Positions 1 to 10,610 of a stretch of 64,000 nucleotides of DNA are shown in pieces. Below the pieces are notes generated by a model. The model ran no database searches, was not told the origin of the DNA, and saw nothing but the letters and a program-made list of their open reading frames with translations. Each line of letters opens with the position of its first letter. Within the stretch, counting starts at the first letter, position 1. Source of the DNA: Nitrosopumilaceae archaeon (GTDB lineage: Archaea > Thermoproteota > Nitrososphaeria > Nitrososphaerales > Nitrosopumilaceae); assembly GCA_965209085.1 (NCBI GenBank), contig OZ242376.1, forward strand, positions 448,001-512,000. Reading direction: 5' to 3'. The position numbers were made by a program, and so were the translations under genes.

Positions 1-62
1 TGGACATACACGCAATGCAGGGAATCACAAATCTAACGTCGCTAATATCGGTGAACTAACCT

Positions 63-1034
63 TTGGGCGATTACGAAGTTGTAATTATAGGTGCCGGACC
101 TGCAGGTTTGTCCGCTGGCATATACGTAGCTAGACAGAAATCATCATGTCTTATAATTTCAAAAGATTTGGGAGGGCAGTTAAATCTAATACCGAAACTT
201 GAAAATTACCCTGGAACAATAATGTCCAGCGGACCTCTTCTTGCAAAAACATTGGAAAGCCAATATCTAATGTTCAAAGGTGACCTTGAATATTCAACGG
301 TGGGAAGTGTAAGGGAGGCATCTGATGGATTGGTTGTAAAAACTAACCGCGGGGAGCATACTGCAAAGACCGTTATAGTTGCAGCCGGAAAAATACCAAA
401 CAACCTCGGACTTGAAAAAGAATCCGAATTCCAAAACAAGGGGGTTCATTATTGTACAAAATGTGATGCTCCGTTTTATCAGGGGAGAATCACCGCATCA
501 GTTGGCGTTGGCGCATATCTTTTGGAATCTGGAATACTTCTTTCCCGTATGGCATCAAAAACGTATGTGATATTCAAAGGGGGCAAACTGGGAGGGAATG
601 CGGATATGATATCGTCATTGGAAAATAAAACCAATGTGGAACTTGTCCCAAATTCCAGCATAAAATCAATAACAGGGGACGGAACTTTGGCACAAATCGT
701 CATAAGCGACAAAGAAGGGAATGAAAAAACTCTCCAAGTGGATGGATTGTTTATTGAAAACGGCTCCAAAATAAATTTGGATTTTGTAAAACAATTGGTA
801 AAAATAAACACAAAAGGCGAAATAGAGGTGGGAACTGCAGGATCTACATCACATCCGGCCATATTTGCTGCAGGTGATGCAACAAACATGCCATACAAGC
901 AAATTATTGCAGCATGCGGAGATGGCGCAGCGGCTGGACTTTCTGCGTTTAATTATGTTGAAAAACTTCAAGGTAAACCTGGCATACGATCCGACTGGAA
1001 AAAACAGATTGGAGATACGGTCTTTCATTATTAG
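63..1034 (+). CDS. trxB: thioredoxin reductase-family FAD-dependent oxidoreductase
   Basis: N-terminal GAGPAG FAD motif, ENYPG, redox motif GVHYCTKCDAPFY, C-terminal IFAAGD; the NADPH-binding motif is degenerate (GVGAY). Confidence 0.85.
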   Translation: MGDYEVVIIGAGPAGLSAGIYVARQKSSCLIISKDLGGQLNLIPKLENYPGTIMSSGPLLAKTLESQYLMFKGDLEYSTVGSVREASDGLVVKTNRGEHTAKTVIVAAGKIPNNLGLEKESEFQNKGVHYCTKCDAPFYQGRITASVGVGAYLLESGILLSRMASKTYVIFKGGKLGGNADMISSLENKTNVELVPNSSIKSITGDGTLAQIVISDKEGNEKTLQVDGLFIENGSKINLDFVKQLVKINTKGEIEVGTAGSTSHPAIFAAGDATNMPYKQIIAACGDGAAAGLSAFNYVEKLQGKPGIRSDWKKQIGDTVFHY

Positions 1035-1403
1035 ACATACGTTGAGAATTTAACTCAAATTGACGCATATGCGATAAGATTGAATCAATTTACAATTTGT
1101 ATGTACGTAGTTGCATAACCTGTCTAAACTGCACAGAACCTGCAATAATACTATGGCAAATCTTAGGTCTTTTTCATGATTTCCAACTTGCTGTTAATTT
1201 AGAGAGGTTTTTATTCAATTATGGATGTGGTGAATGTTATATTCACAGACGTCATACATGCGTAAAACATCCGTTTTCCGTACCTCCCTAACTTGACAGA
1301 AAAGATCCCTGATTTAACAACAGGTTCGAACCAAGCAAAAAGACCTAAGATTTACCAGAGTGCAATAACAACAGTTTTAAACACATGTTTAATTGATTCT
1401 ATC

Positions 1404-2681
1404 GTGAACAAAGTAATTATTCCAATTATTATTATAGTAACAATAGCAATTGCAGCCGTACTGTATACACAAATGGGTTCCATTATGATGCAAGATTCGG
1501 ACACTGTGATGGATTCTCAAATGACCGATATGGCAGAAACGCCGTCGCTTTCCGGAGCTGTGAAAATAGGAATAATGTTGCCGCTAACTGGAGATCTCTC
1601 ATCACACGGTGAAGAAAATCTGCTGGGAACAACATTTGGAATTGAAAATTTCAACAAATATCTCAAAGATGCCGGTGAAGACTGGTATTTGGAAGCTGTC
1701 ATAGAAGACACTGCCACAAATCCCGTCCAAGCACTTGAAAAAATACAAAACCTTCGGGCAAAGAATATCGAACTCGTGGTAGGGCCTGAATCTAGCAGTT
1801 CAACTAGTTCCGTGCTTCAATATGCTGATAGCAACAACATGATACTATTTAGCTGCTGCTCTACCTCTCCGGCACTTGCAATCCCAGGTGATAATGTATT
1901 CAGATTGGTTCCAGACGACAGACAACAGGGCAAGGCATTGGCGGCTCTGCTGAAAAACGAAGGAATTAAAAACCTGATCACGATATGGAGGGGCGACACG
2001 TACGGTGACGGTCTTGCAGAAAACTTGGAAAAATCTTTCATTGAAACAGGAGGTGCCGTATCTGATGGCATACGATATAATCCGGAAACTCCGGACTTTT
2101 CGGTTAGTGCATCAATACTATCTGATCTAGTATCCACGTTGGTTGACGAACACGGTTCTAGCACATCTGCAATAGTAATTATAGGATTTGCCGAATCCGT
2201 ACAATTCATCCAATCTGCCGCACAGCACGAAGTGTTGGACGATGTCAGATGGTTCGGATCTGATTCTTTGGCAAATGAGATAAAACTAGTGCAGGATCCG
2301 ATCACATTGGAATTTGTCCAAACTGTAAATTTTACTGCGATATCGCCCGGATTTGCATCAACTCCGGCATCTGAAAACGTCAAAACCATGGTATTTGACA
2401 CGCTAGGCAGGTATCCTACCACGTTTGTAGAAACCTCGTATGACATTCCATGGATTTACGGATTGGCTATATTGGATGCACAAAGCGACAGATATGCTGA
2501 CATTAAACCAATTCTGCCACAAATTGCATCCGAATACGAGGGGGCAATAGGGGCAATCCAATTAAATGAAAACGGAGATTTGGAATCGTCTGATTATTCC
2601 TTGTATGAAATTATTGGTGAAGACTGGATTGTCATCGGAAACTATTTTAGAAACGGCACTATAATTTTCAACAATCAATGA
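1404..2681 (+). CDS. ABC transporter substrate-binding protein, branched-chain amino acid (LivJ/K, PBP type 1) family
   Basis: N-terminal hydrophobic anchor, KIGIMLPLTGDLS, EDTATNP, FRLVPDD, LNENGD; GTG at 1404 preferred over the ORF-track TTG at 1293. Confidence 0.85.
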   Translation: MNKVIIPIIIIVTIAIAAVLYTQMGSIMMQDSDTVMDSQMTDMAETPSLSGAVKIGIMLPLTGDLSSHGEENLLGTTFGIENFNKYLKDAGEDWYLEAVIEDTATNPVQALEKIQNLRAKNIELVVGPESSSSTSSVLQYADSNNMILFSCCSTSPALAIPGDNVFRLVPDDRQQGKALAALLKNEGIKNLITIWRGDTYGDGLAENLEKSFIETGGAVSDGIRYNPETPDFSVSASILSDLVSTLVDEHGSSTSAIVIIGFAESVQFIQSAAQHEVLDDVRWFGSDSLANEIKLVQDPITLEFVQTVNFTAISPGFASTPASENVKTMVFDTLGRYPTTFVETSYDIPWIYGLAILDAQSDRYADIKPILPQIASEYEGAIGAIQLNENGDLESSDYSLYEIIGEDWIVIGNYFRNGTIIFNNQ

Positions 2682-3109
2682 AATCTGAAAAACTATCCAA
2701 AATACTAGTACCTGTGGATAATTCTAAAAACTCTTGGCGCGTAATTGATCATGCGATTGTATTTGCAAAAACAACCGGAGCGGAAATTACAGTTCTTTGC
2801 GTAATACCCACCGTACAGGAATCAGAATTCAAATCCTCCGCAACAGACAAAGAATCCGTGAAAATAGCCAAAGGTATTGTTGAACGTACGGTGGAATACG
2901 CTGCACGTAAAGGTGTTGCTTTCAAAACCCTCACAGACCACGGACATGTAGGATACTGTATAATAAAATACGCCCATTCAAAGAGCAGAAAATTTGACAT
3001 GCTGATAATAGGTTCACGTGGAAAAGGAAGAATTAGAAAAATGATATTTGGAAGTACGTCAAATTACGTCCTAAATGAATCGCGGATACCCGTAATGGTA
3101 ATAAAATAA
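2678..3109 (+). CDS. universal stress protein (UspA family)
   Basis: KILVPVDNS, IIGSRGKG..FGSTSNYVL..IPVMVIK. Confidence 0.9.
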   Translation: MKSEKLSKILVPVDNSKNSWRVIDHAIVFAKTTGAEITVLCVIPTVQESEFKSSATDKESVKIAKGIVERTVEYAARKGVAFKTLTDHGHVGYCIIKYAHSKSRKFDMLIIGSRGKGRIRKMIFGSTSNYVLNESRIPVMVIK

Positions 3110-3110
3110 G

Positions 3111-3190
3111 TAGAGCGTATGCATAATGGGTCAAATTCACAATTTTTACGAATAAAAATGACCGATTTGAACGGTTATGCATACGGTTTA
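3111..3190. mobile_element. 80-bp MITE-like palindromic element with IS5-type ends
   Basis: TAGAGCGTATGCATAA ... TTATGCATACGGTTTA inverted repeats (14/16); the interior is shared with 61771-61841; the ends resemble the TIRs of the IS5-type element at 27347-30028. Confidence 0.65.
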
Positions 3191-3375
3191 GTGGTTATAA
3201 ACCGGGGTGGATTAAATTCACAATCATCTAAAACAACTCGCTGCCAAAAAATATGAGATCACATCGTGTCTAGAATTTACCCAATAAATGAAAATGTGGG
3301 TACCAGATGGCACAAAGTGCTAACATTGTACTTGGAAAAAAAAACAGTTTTAACACCACGCTAGTTACGCCTGAT

Positions 3376-5793
3376 GTGAAAAAAATACAAATTGCAGTTT
3401 TGGCGGCCGTGATTATTACAGCATCTGCCATAGTGGGATCTTTTGCGTTTAATGGATCGGAAATTCTCCCAACATCTTTGGATGATAAAAAATCCGATCT
3501 TCGTGCGGTAAAAATCGGTATGATTCTTCCACTTACGGGTGATTTTTCATCGTACGGTTCTGAATCATTGGAGGCTGCCTTGTACGGGATTGACCAATTT
3601 AACAAATATCTTGAATCCACCGATCAGGATTGGTATTTGGATCCTGTCGTAGAAGATACGGCGACAAATCCAGTCCAGGCGCTTGAAAAAATACAAAACC
3701 TTCGGGCAAAAAACATCGAACTTGTATTAGGTTATACCAGCGGTTCATTAAACGCAGTACAAAGTTATGCGAACAGCAACGGCATGATGGTTTTTAGCGC
3801 AGCATCTACTGCTCCATCGCTTGCGATGCCGGATGATAATATATTCAGACTGACATCTGATGACAGACAGCAGGCAAAAGCGCTTGCATCTCTTTTAAAA
3901 AATCAGGGAATAAAAGTGGCAGTTACCGTATGGAGGGCAGATACGTACGGCGACGGTTTGAGTGAGAATTTCAAAACATCTTTTGCAAATGACGGCGGTA
4001 TTGCAGACGAGGGTATGCGATACAACCAAGAATCATTGGAATTTTCAGTCGATGCGGACATACTGAATTCCCGTGTTATATCGCTGATAGATGAACATGG
4101 CGCAGACAATGTAGGAATAGTTTTTATCGGATTTGCCGAAACAGTACAGTTTATGCAGTCTGCATCGCAGTATGATGCGTTAAAAAACATAAGATGGTTT
4201 GGTTCTGATTCCATCTCGCAGGAACACAAGATAATCGACGATGCAATAGCTGGACAATTTGCCGAAGACATCTCCCTGACTACGACCATAGTGGGATTCC
4301 CATCAACGCCTACATCCGAGATGCTTGATGCACATATGGTTGAAACACTGGGAAGAATTCCAACTACATTTGCAAAAACCGCATACGATATCATGTGGCT
4401 GTACGGTCTGGCAATATCCGAATCCGGTAGCGACAGATCCTCTGACGTGCTACCCATAATGCACAAGATTGCATCAGAATACTCTGGAGCGATAGGTCCG
4501 ACAATCCTCAATGAAAACGGAGATTTGGCCTCTGGTGATTATACAATACATGCCGTATCTGACGGGGATTGGGTATACCGTGGCACGTATTATAGGAACG
4601 GTACAATTATTCTGGACGGTGATCAAACAGAAATGGATGCGATTATGGCTACAAAGGGATTGCTTTCCGGTCCTGTAAAAATAGGACTACTCTCACCCAT
4701 ATCTGGATCACTGTCAGGATACGGTGAGGAAACCCGAGTTGGTTCAATATATGGTGCTGAAAAGTTCAACGAATATTTGAAATCTATCGACGAGGACTGG
4801 TACATGGAGATCATATCCGAAGACACTGCGACAAATCCGGTACAGGCACTTGAGAAAATCCAAATTTTGAATGCGAAAAATATCCAGCTTGTCATGGGTG
4901 CCACTACAAGCGCTTCTACAAGTAACATCAGACAATACGTGGACAATAACGGAATGCTCTTGTTTGCATGCTGCTCATCGGCACCGTCTCTTGCAATATC
5001 TGGCGACAGCATATACCGACTTGCACCTGACGACAGAAATCAGGCAAAGGCGCTGGCTGCCATAATGAAAGACAGAGGTGTAGAGGCATACGTGCCAATA
5101 TGGCGCGGCGATCCGTATGGGGATGGCATAAACGACAACCTGGCAACATATTTTGAGAATGGCGGCCAGTTACAAGAAAAGGGCATACGGTACAGTCCTG
5201 AAATAAGGGATTTTTCAGTGAAATCATCCGTACTGGCAGACCGAGTATCTGAATTGGTGGCAGAATACGGGGAAGACAAAGTCGCAGTGGTGCTTACCGG
5301 ATTTGGAGAGTCATTACAGCTAGTCCAATCTGCAAACTCTTACGAAATTTTGCGCAACGTGCAGTGGTTTGGAACAAACTCGCTTACCCATTCAAGCATA
5401 TTTCAAAACGATCCGATAGCAACGGATTTTGTCCAGGACGTAAACTTTACGGCATTGATTGTAAAACCCGAATCGACTAGTATTGGTGATGAGGTTACGC
5501 AACACGTTGTGGAAAAAATAGGCAGAAATGCAAGCATGTTTGTTCTCTCCTCATATGATATATCCTGGATTTACGGTACGGCGATACTGCAAGCCCAGAG
5601 TGATAGGGCATCTGAGATTAAACCAATTTTGGAACAGGTGGTATCTGAATACATCGGGGCATTGGGTACAATAAATCTGAACGAATACGGTGATATAGAA
5701 TCCGCTGATTACGTAATATCTACAATAATAGATGCAAACTGGGTGGATGTGGGGGTATACGGAATGGATGGAAACCTTGTATGGTATCCCTGA
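3376..5793 (+). CDS. double-domain ABC substrate-binding protein (two tandem LivJ/K-type PBP1 domains)
   Basis: signal/anchor, then two copies of KIG.L.P..G..S.YG.E / EDTATNPVQALEKIQ / RL..DDR.QAKALA / LNE.GD; GTG 3376 preferred over ATG 3307. Confidence 0.85.
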   Translation: MKKIQIAVLAAVIITASAIVGSFAFNGSEILPTSLDDKKSDLRAVKIGMILPLTGDFSSYGSESLEAALYGIDQFNKYLESTDQDWYLDPVVEDTATNPVQALEKIQNLRAKNIELVLGYTSGSLNAVQSYANSNGMMVFSAASTAPSLAMPDDNIFRLTSDDRQQAKALASLLKNQGIKVAVTVWRADTYGDGLSENFKTSFANDGGIADEGMRYNQESLEFSVDADILNSRVISLIDEHGADNVGIVFIGFAETVQFMQSASQYDALKNIRWFGSDSISQEHKIIDDAIAGQFAEDISLTTTIVGFPSTPTSEMLDAHMVETLGRIPTTFAKTAYDIMWLYGLAISESGSDRSSDVLPIMHKIASEYSGAIGPTILNENGDLASGDYTIHAVSDGDWVYRGTYYRNGTIILDGDQTEMDAIMATKGLLSGPVKIGLLSPISGSLSGYGEETRVGSIYGAEKFNEYLKSIDEDWYMEIISEDTATNPVQALEKIQILNAKNIQLVMGATTSASTSNIRQYVDNNGMLLFACCSSAPSLAISGDSIYRLAPDDRNQAKALAAIMKDRGVEAYVPIWRGDPYGDGINDNLATYFENGGQLQEKGIRYSPEIRDFSVKSSVLADRVSELVAEYGEDKVAVVLTGFGESLQLVQSANSYEILRNVQWFGTNSLTHSSIFQNDPIATDFVQDVNFTALIVKPESTSIGDEVTQHVVEKIGRNASMFVLSSYDISWIYGTAILQAQSDRASEIKPILEQVVSEYIGALGTINLNEYGDIESADYVISTIIDANWVDVGVYGMDGNLVWYP

Positions 5794-5910
5794 TTGCCCG
5801 CACCGCCAAAATTATGACCCAGTTTGGCATTTTTGTGAATATATACACAGCCTGCCGCACCGTGTATTCTTAACACTTAAAATTACAGCAAATGCGAATT
5901 AGTGGGTAAT

Positions 5911-7593
5911 ATGGAAACAATGTCCGGATCTGCAGCGCTAATGCGGTCGATGAAAAAAGAAGGCGTAAAACAAGTGTTTGGATTGCCAGGGGGGGCGAAT
6001 CTGCCCATGTATGATGAACTGTTCAAATCCGATATCCGGCACATACTGGTAAGGCACGAACAATCCGCCGCCCATATGGCAGATGGATTTGGCAGGGTAA
6101 GCCGCAAACCGGGAGTCTGCTTTGCAACTTCAGGACCTGGTGCCACCAACATACTGACCGGCTTAGCAACGGCCCAGGCTGATTCTGCACCAATGGTGGC
6201 AGTGACAGGACAGGTTCCGGTAAAAATGATTGGACGCGATGCATTTCAGGAAAGCGACATTATAGGAATGTCAAACCCGGTAGTAAAATATGCGTTTCAA
6301 CCAAGAACACCTGAAGAAATACCGCTTGCTGTACGGCGCGGATTTTATATTGCTGAAACCGGACGGCCAGGTCCTGTTCTACTGGATATTCCAAAGGACG
6401 TGCAGCAAAATGAGGCACCCATGGAGTTTCCAGAAGAGTTTCAGATGAACGGATATAATCCGTGGACGGATCCGGATGTGGTGGGAATTGAACGCGCAGT
6501 GGATCTGCTTTTGTCTTCTGAAAAACCCATAATATTGGCCGGAGGTGGAACTATAATTTCTTCAGCATTTGCAGAACTACAGGCGGTTGCAGAGATGCTT
6601 GGCATGCCCGTTGTTACGACATTCAAAGGCAAGGGGGCGTTTCCAGAAAACCATCCGCTTTCCATGGGGCCTATAGGAATGCACGGACATGCAGAAGCCA
6701 ATAAAATAATGACCGAAGCTGACTGTGTGTTGGCTGTGGGAACCCGATTTTCTGACCGTTCAGTGGGAACTGCGGAAGAATTTGAAAAACGCCTTAAAAT
6801 CATACATGTGGATGTGGATCCAGCAGAAATAGGAAAAAATCAGACTGCCAACGTAGCTGTGGTTGGAGATGTACGCGCATCCTTGCGCATCATGCTCTCG
6901 ATTTTGGCGAGAAAGGCAAAACGCGAAGATACTCTCTGGCGCAAACACGCGTATGAGCTAAAATCATACTGGAAGGACAATCTCAAAATACATCCCGGAG
7001 AGATGAGTGCAGCCCGCATACTGCGCAAACTGCGGGAAATTTTACCAAAAGAATCCATAGTGACTACCGAAGTGGGACAACATCAGATGTGGGCATCACT
7101 GTTCTTTGATGTGATACAACCTGGCACATTCTTTAGCTCTACGGGACTTGGAACCATGGGGTGGGGATTTCCTGCCGCCATAGGTGCCAAAGTGGCCAAA
7201 CCTGACGTACCGGTGGTGGACATTGCCGGTGACGGAAGCTTTAACATGACTGAAAACTCGCTTGCCACCTCTGTACTAGAGGACATACCGGTGATTGTAT
7301 TTTTGGTGAACAATTTCACACTTGGAATGGTGGCGCAATGGCAGAGAACGTTCTATGATCGGAGGATGATTGGAGTTGATCAAAAACACTGTCCAGATTA
7401 TGTAAAACTGGCCCAGTCATACGGGGCACAGGGTACAAGGGTGCAGTCCCTTGACGAGCTTGGCTCTGCATTAAAAGAGGCCTTAAAGTGTGACGTGAGC
7501 ACGGTGATAGACATTCCAATAGATCCAGAAGAGGATGTACTGCCGTTTGTGGCCCCTGGAACCCCGCTAAAGGACATGATCCTTCCCTCGTAG
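5911..7593 (+). CDS. ilvB: acetolactate synthase large subunit
   Basis: FGLPGGA, RHEQSAAHMADG, TSGPGATN, TPP motif GDGSFNM...NN..LGMVAQWQ. Confidence 0.95.
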   Translation: METMSGSAALMRSMKKEGVKQVFGLPGGANLPMYDELFKSDIRHILVRHEQSAAHMADGFGRVSRKPGVCFATSGPGATNILTGLATAQADSAPMVAVTGQVPVKMIGRDAFQESDIIGMSNPVVKYAFQPRTPEEIPLAVRRGFYIAETGRPGPVLLDIPKDVQQNEAPMEFPEEFQMNGYNPWTDPDVVGIERAVDLLLSSEKPIILAGGGTIISSAFAELQAVAEMLGMPVVTTFKGKGAFPENHPLSMGPIGMHGHAEANKIMTEADCVLAVGTRFSDRSVGTAEEFEKRLKIIHVDVDPAEIGKNQTANVAVVGDVRASLRIMLSILARKAKREDTLWRKHAYELKSYWKDNLKIHPGEMSAARILRKLREILPKESIVTTEVGQHQMWASLFFDVIQPGTFFSSTGLGTMGWGFPAAIGAKVAKPDVPVVDIAGDGSFNMTENSLATSVLEDIPVIVFLVNNFTLGMVAQWQRTFYDRRMIGVDQKHCPDYVKLAQSYGAQGTRVQSLDELGSALKEALKCDVSTVIDIPIDPEEDVLPFVAPGTPLKDMILPS

Positions 7594-7604
7594 GTGTATG
7601 TGAA

Positions 7605-8096
7605 ATGTGGTCCATACTCTCATTGTTGGTTGAAAACAGACCCGGCGTGTTATTCAAAATTACAAACATGTTCCGCGCGCGCAACTTTAACATAGACAGC
7701 ATATCTGTTGGAGTCACATCAAATCCGGAATTTTCCCGCATGACAATAACCACGTATGGGGATGAAAAACAGGCAAATCAAATACTAAAACAGCTGAATA
7801 AAATGATAGACGTGACAAAAGTGGAATTACTTGACAAGCATCATGCAATATATCGGGAGCTGGTTCTCTTTAAAATTAAAATATCAACTTCAGAGGAGAG
7901 CAGAAAAATAAACGATCTTGCAAAAGCGTACGATGGAAAAATACACGCTGCGCGCAAAAACTCAATCATTGTGGAAATGACTGCAACACCGGATCAGATA
8001 AACGCCTTTGAAGATTTGGTAAAGCCGTTTGGAATACTGCAGACTGCCCGGACCGGAATATCTGCATTATTGCGCGATAATGGGGATAACTCTTGA
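7605..8096 (+). CDS. ilvN: acetolactate synthase small (ACT) subunit
   Basis: LVENRPGVL..F..RNFNIDSISVG, SRMTI, ARTG; directly follows ilvB. Confidence 0.93.
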   Translation: MWSILSLLVENRPGVLFKITNMFRARNFNIDSISVGVTSNPEFSRMTITTYGDEKQANQILKQLNKMIDVTKVELLDKHHAIYRELVLFKIKISTSEESRKINDLAKAYDGKIHAARKNSIIVEMTATPDQINAFEDLVKPFGILQTARTGISALLRDNGDNS

Positions 8097-9601
8097 ACGT
8101 GCGCATATTTGACACCACGCTAAGGGATGGCGAGCAAACCCCTGGAGTCTCGCTCTCACCGCAGCAAAAACTTGACATTGCACAAAAGCTTGACGATCTG
8201 GGCGTGGATGCAATAGAGGCCGGATTTCCTGTCATATCCAAAGGCGAGGCTAAGGCAATCAAAATGATATCCTGCGCCGGACTTGAAGCGCAGGTGTGCG
8301 GACTTGCCCGCGCAAACAGGGCCGATATTGATGCAGTAGCTGATACTGGATTGCAATATGTGCATACGTTCATTGCCACATCTGACATTCATCTTGAATA
8401 CAAACTTCACATGAGCCGCGATGATGCGCACGATAGGGCAGTTGATGCAGTAGAATATGCAAAATCGCGCGGAATGCAGGTTGAATTTTCAGCCGAGGAT
8501 GCAACCCGGACTGATCGAGACTTTTTGCGCCGCATCTTTGTGGATGTGACCAAAGCCGGAGCTGACCGTCTGGACATACCTGATACTGTGGGATATTCAA
8601 CGCCCCAGTACTTGGCCCAAATCGTAAGGGAGACAATTGATTCTACAAAACTTCCGGTCAGCGTACACTGCCACAACGATTTTGGACTTGCGGTGGCAAA
8701 CGCCATATCCGGTGTGCAGGCGGGAGCCGAATGCGCGCACGTGACAATAAACGGAATCGGCGAGAGGGCCGGTAACACCTCGCTTGAGGAATTTACAATG
8801 GCGCTAAAATGCCTGAACTTTGAAAAAGAATGGAGCACGAATATAAAATCCGAAATGCTCTACGATATTTCGCGGTACGTATCCAAAATTTTTGGAATAC
8901 CCGTGCAGCCAAACAAATCAATCGTGGGCGAGAATGCGTTCGGACACGAATCAGGAATACATACGCACGGGGTTTTGAATAATCCCCTCACATACGAGCC
9001 CATAAAACCCGAGCTTGTCGGACGACGGCGTTCGATGAAGGTTGGAAAACACGCAGGAATGCACGGCATGCTTGCAATACTGGCTGAATTTGGAATAAAT
9101 CCGGACAAAAACGAATCTGAGGAAATCCTAAAGCACGTAAAACAGGTGGCCGATACGGGCAAAAAAATAACCGATGTCGAGCTGGCATCTGTTGCAATAA
9201 AACAAATGGGTGCTGAATCCTCACGCAAAACTGTAACCCTTGCCGGGCTGGAGGTATCAACCGGACTTGAAGCTGTACCCCGCGCAAAAGTAACACTTGA
9301 GATCGGAGGTCAGGAGCACACCGGCAATGCCGAGGGCGTGGGACCGGTGGATGCGGCCCTTAATGCCATACAGAAAATAACCGGCGAGACATCAAAGGTG
9401 CGGATAACCAAATACAATCTTGATTCAATTTCTGGCGGCTCTGGCGCAATGTGTGAGGTTACAGTAGAGGTCGAAGATGCCACATCGCATACAATATCTG
9501 CAAGGCACGTGGGAAAGGACATTGTCACCACGAGCGTAGAGGCTGTCCTTGATGCCATAAACCTGATAATGCTCAAAAATACAAGGGATCTAAATGTATG
9601 A
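8093..9601 (+). CDS. leuA: 2-isopropylmalate synthase (LeuA/CimA family)
   Basis: IFDTTLRDGEQTPG, HCHNDFGLAVAN, GIGERAGN, C-terminal regulatory domain GVGPVDA; citramalate synthase activity not excluded. Confidence 0.85.
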   Translation: MNVRIFDTTLRDGEQTPGVSLSPQQKLDIAQKLDDLGVDAIEAGFPVISKGEAKAIKMISCAGLEAQVCGLARANRADIDAVADTGLQYVHTFIATSDIHLEYKLHMSRDDAHDRAVDAVEYAKSRGMQVEFSAEDATRTDRDFLRRIFVDVTKAGADRLDIPDTVGYSTPQYLAQIVRETIDSTKLPVSVHCHNDFGLAVANAISGVQAGAECAHVTINGIGERAGNTSLEEFTMALKCLNFEKEWSTNIKSEMLYDISRYVSKIFGIPVQPNKSIVGENAFGHESGIHTHGVLNNPLTYEPIKPELVGRRRSMKVGKHAGMHGMLAILAEFGINPDKNESEEILKHVKQVADTGKKITDVELASVAIKQMGAESSRKTVTLAGLEVSTGLEAVPRAKVTLEIGGQEHTGNAEGVGPVDAALNAIQKITGETSKVRITKYNLDSISGGSGAMCEVTVEVEDATSHTISARHVGKDIVTTSVEAVLDAINLIMLKNTRDLNV

Positions 9602-10610
9602 GATATCAATGATAACTGGCGATGGAATAGGTCCAGAGCTTGCAGATTCTGCCTCTGCTGTAATAAAAACACTGGATGAAAAACTTGGAATAAAAATCAC
9701 CCTTGCAAAGCTTGCAGCCGGCGATGCGGCCCTAAAAGATCTTGGATCAGCTCTGCCAAAAGAGACCCTGGATAGTATAAAAAATTCCGATGCGTGCCTA
9801 AAGGCGCCCGTGGGGGAGAGTGCTGCAAAAGTAATAGTCGTATTGAGGCGCAAACTTGACCTGTATGCAAACCTGCGTCCTGCAAAATCCCATCCTGGAA
9901 CTGCGGCATTGCGCGATGACATTGACCTGCTGGTGGTGCGCGAGAATACTGAAGATCTTTATTCCGGACACGAAATTGACCTGGGCGATTCTGCAGTCGC
10001 ACTGCGCATAATTTCAAAAAAAGCATCACTGCGCATTGCAAAAAACGCATTCGAGTCAGCAGTGCGCCGCTCAAAAGAAAACCCGCTTGTAACGTGCGTC
10101 CACAAATCAAACGTAATGCCCATAACGGATGGAATATTCCGCAACGCCTGCTCGCAGGTTGCAAAAAAATATCCAAATGTGCGCCTTGAGCAAATGTACG
10201 TGGATGCGTGCGCCATGAACCTCATACGCCGGCCGCATGAATTTGACGTCATTGTAACAACAAACATGTTTGGCGACATACTCTCAGATGAGTCATCGCA
10301 GATTGTAGGCGGGCTTGGAATGGCACCGGCTGCAAACGTCGGCGATGACTTTGCACTCTTTGAGCCAGTACACGGGGCAGCTTTTGATATTGCCGGAAAA
10401 CAGGAGGCAAACCCATCCTCTTTCATACTCTCAGTAAAAATGATGCTAGAGTGGCTCTCATCAAAGCACGGCGATGATGCATGCCATACGGCTGCATCAA
10501 AGCTTGAAAATGCCGTATACGGGGCCGTACGGGACGGGGCAAAAACTGTGGATATTGGCGGCTCGATGAGCACAGTTGAATTTACCGGCGAGGTATTGCG
10601 CAGAATCTAG
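9594..10610 (+). CDS. leuB: 3-isopropylmalate dehydrogenase (IDH/IPMDH family)
   Basis: GDGIGPE, VRENTEDLY, NMFGDILSD, FEPVHGAAFDIAGK; in the ilv-leu operon. Confidence 0.85.
   Translation: MYEISMITGDGIGPELADSASAVIKTLDEKLGIKITLAKLAAGDAALKDLGSALPKETLDSIKNSDACLKAPVGESAAKVIVVLRRKLDLYANLRPAKSHPGTAALRDDIDLLVVRENTEDLYSGHEIDLGDSAVALRIISKKASLRIAKNAFESAVRRSKENPLVTCVHKSNVMPITDGIFRNACSQVAKKYPNVRLEQMYVDACAMNLIRRPHEFDVIVTTNMFGDILSDESSQIVGGLGMAPAANVGDDFALFEPVHGAAFDIAGKQEANPSSFILSVKMMLEWLSSKHGDDACHTAASKLENAVYGAVRDGAKTVDIGGSMSTVEFTGEVLRRI

Noticed and set aside
1817-2446. Long antisense ORFs (also 3903-4511, 9959-10573, 20713-21327, 52662-53267, 54907-55503)
   Set aside because: They fully overlap well-supported genes on the other strand and have no motifs
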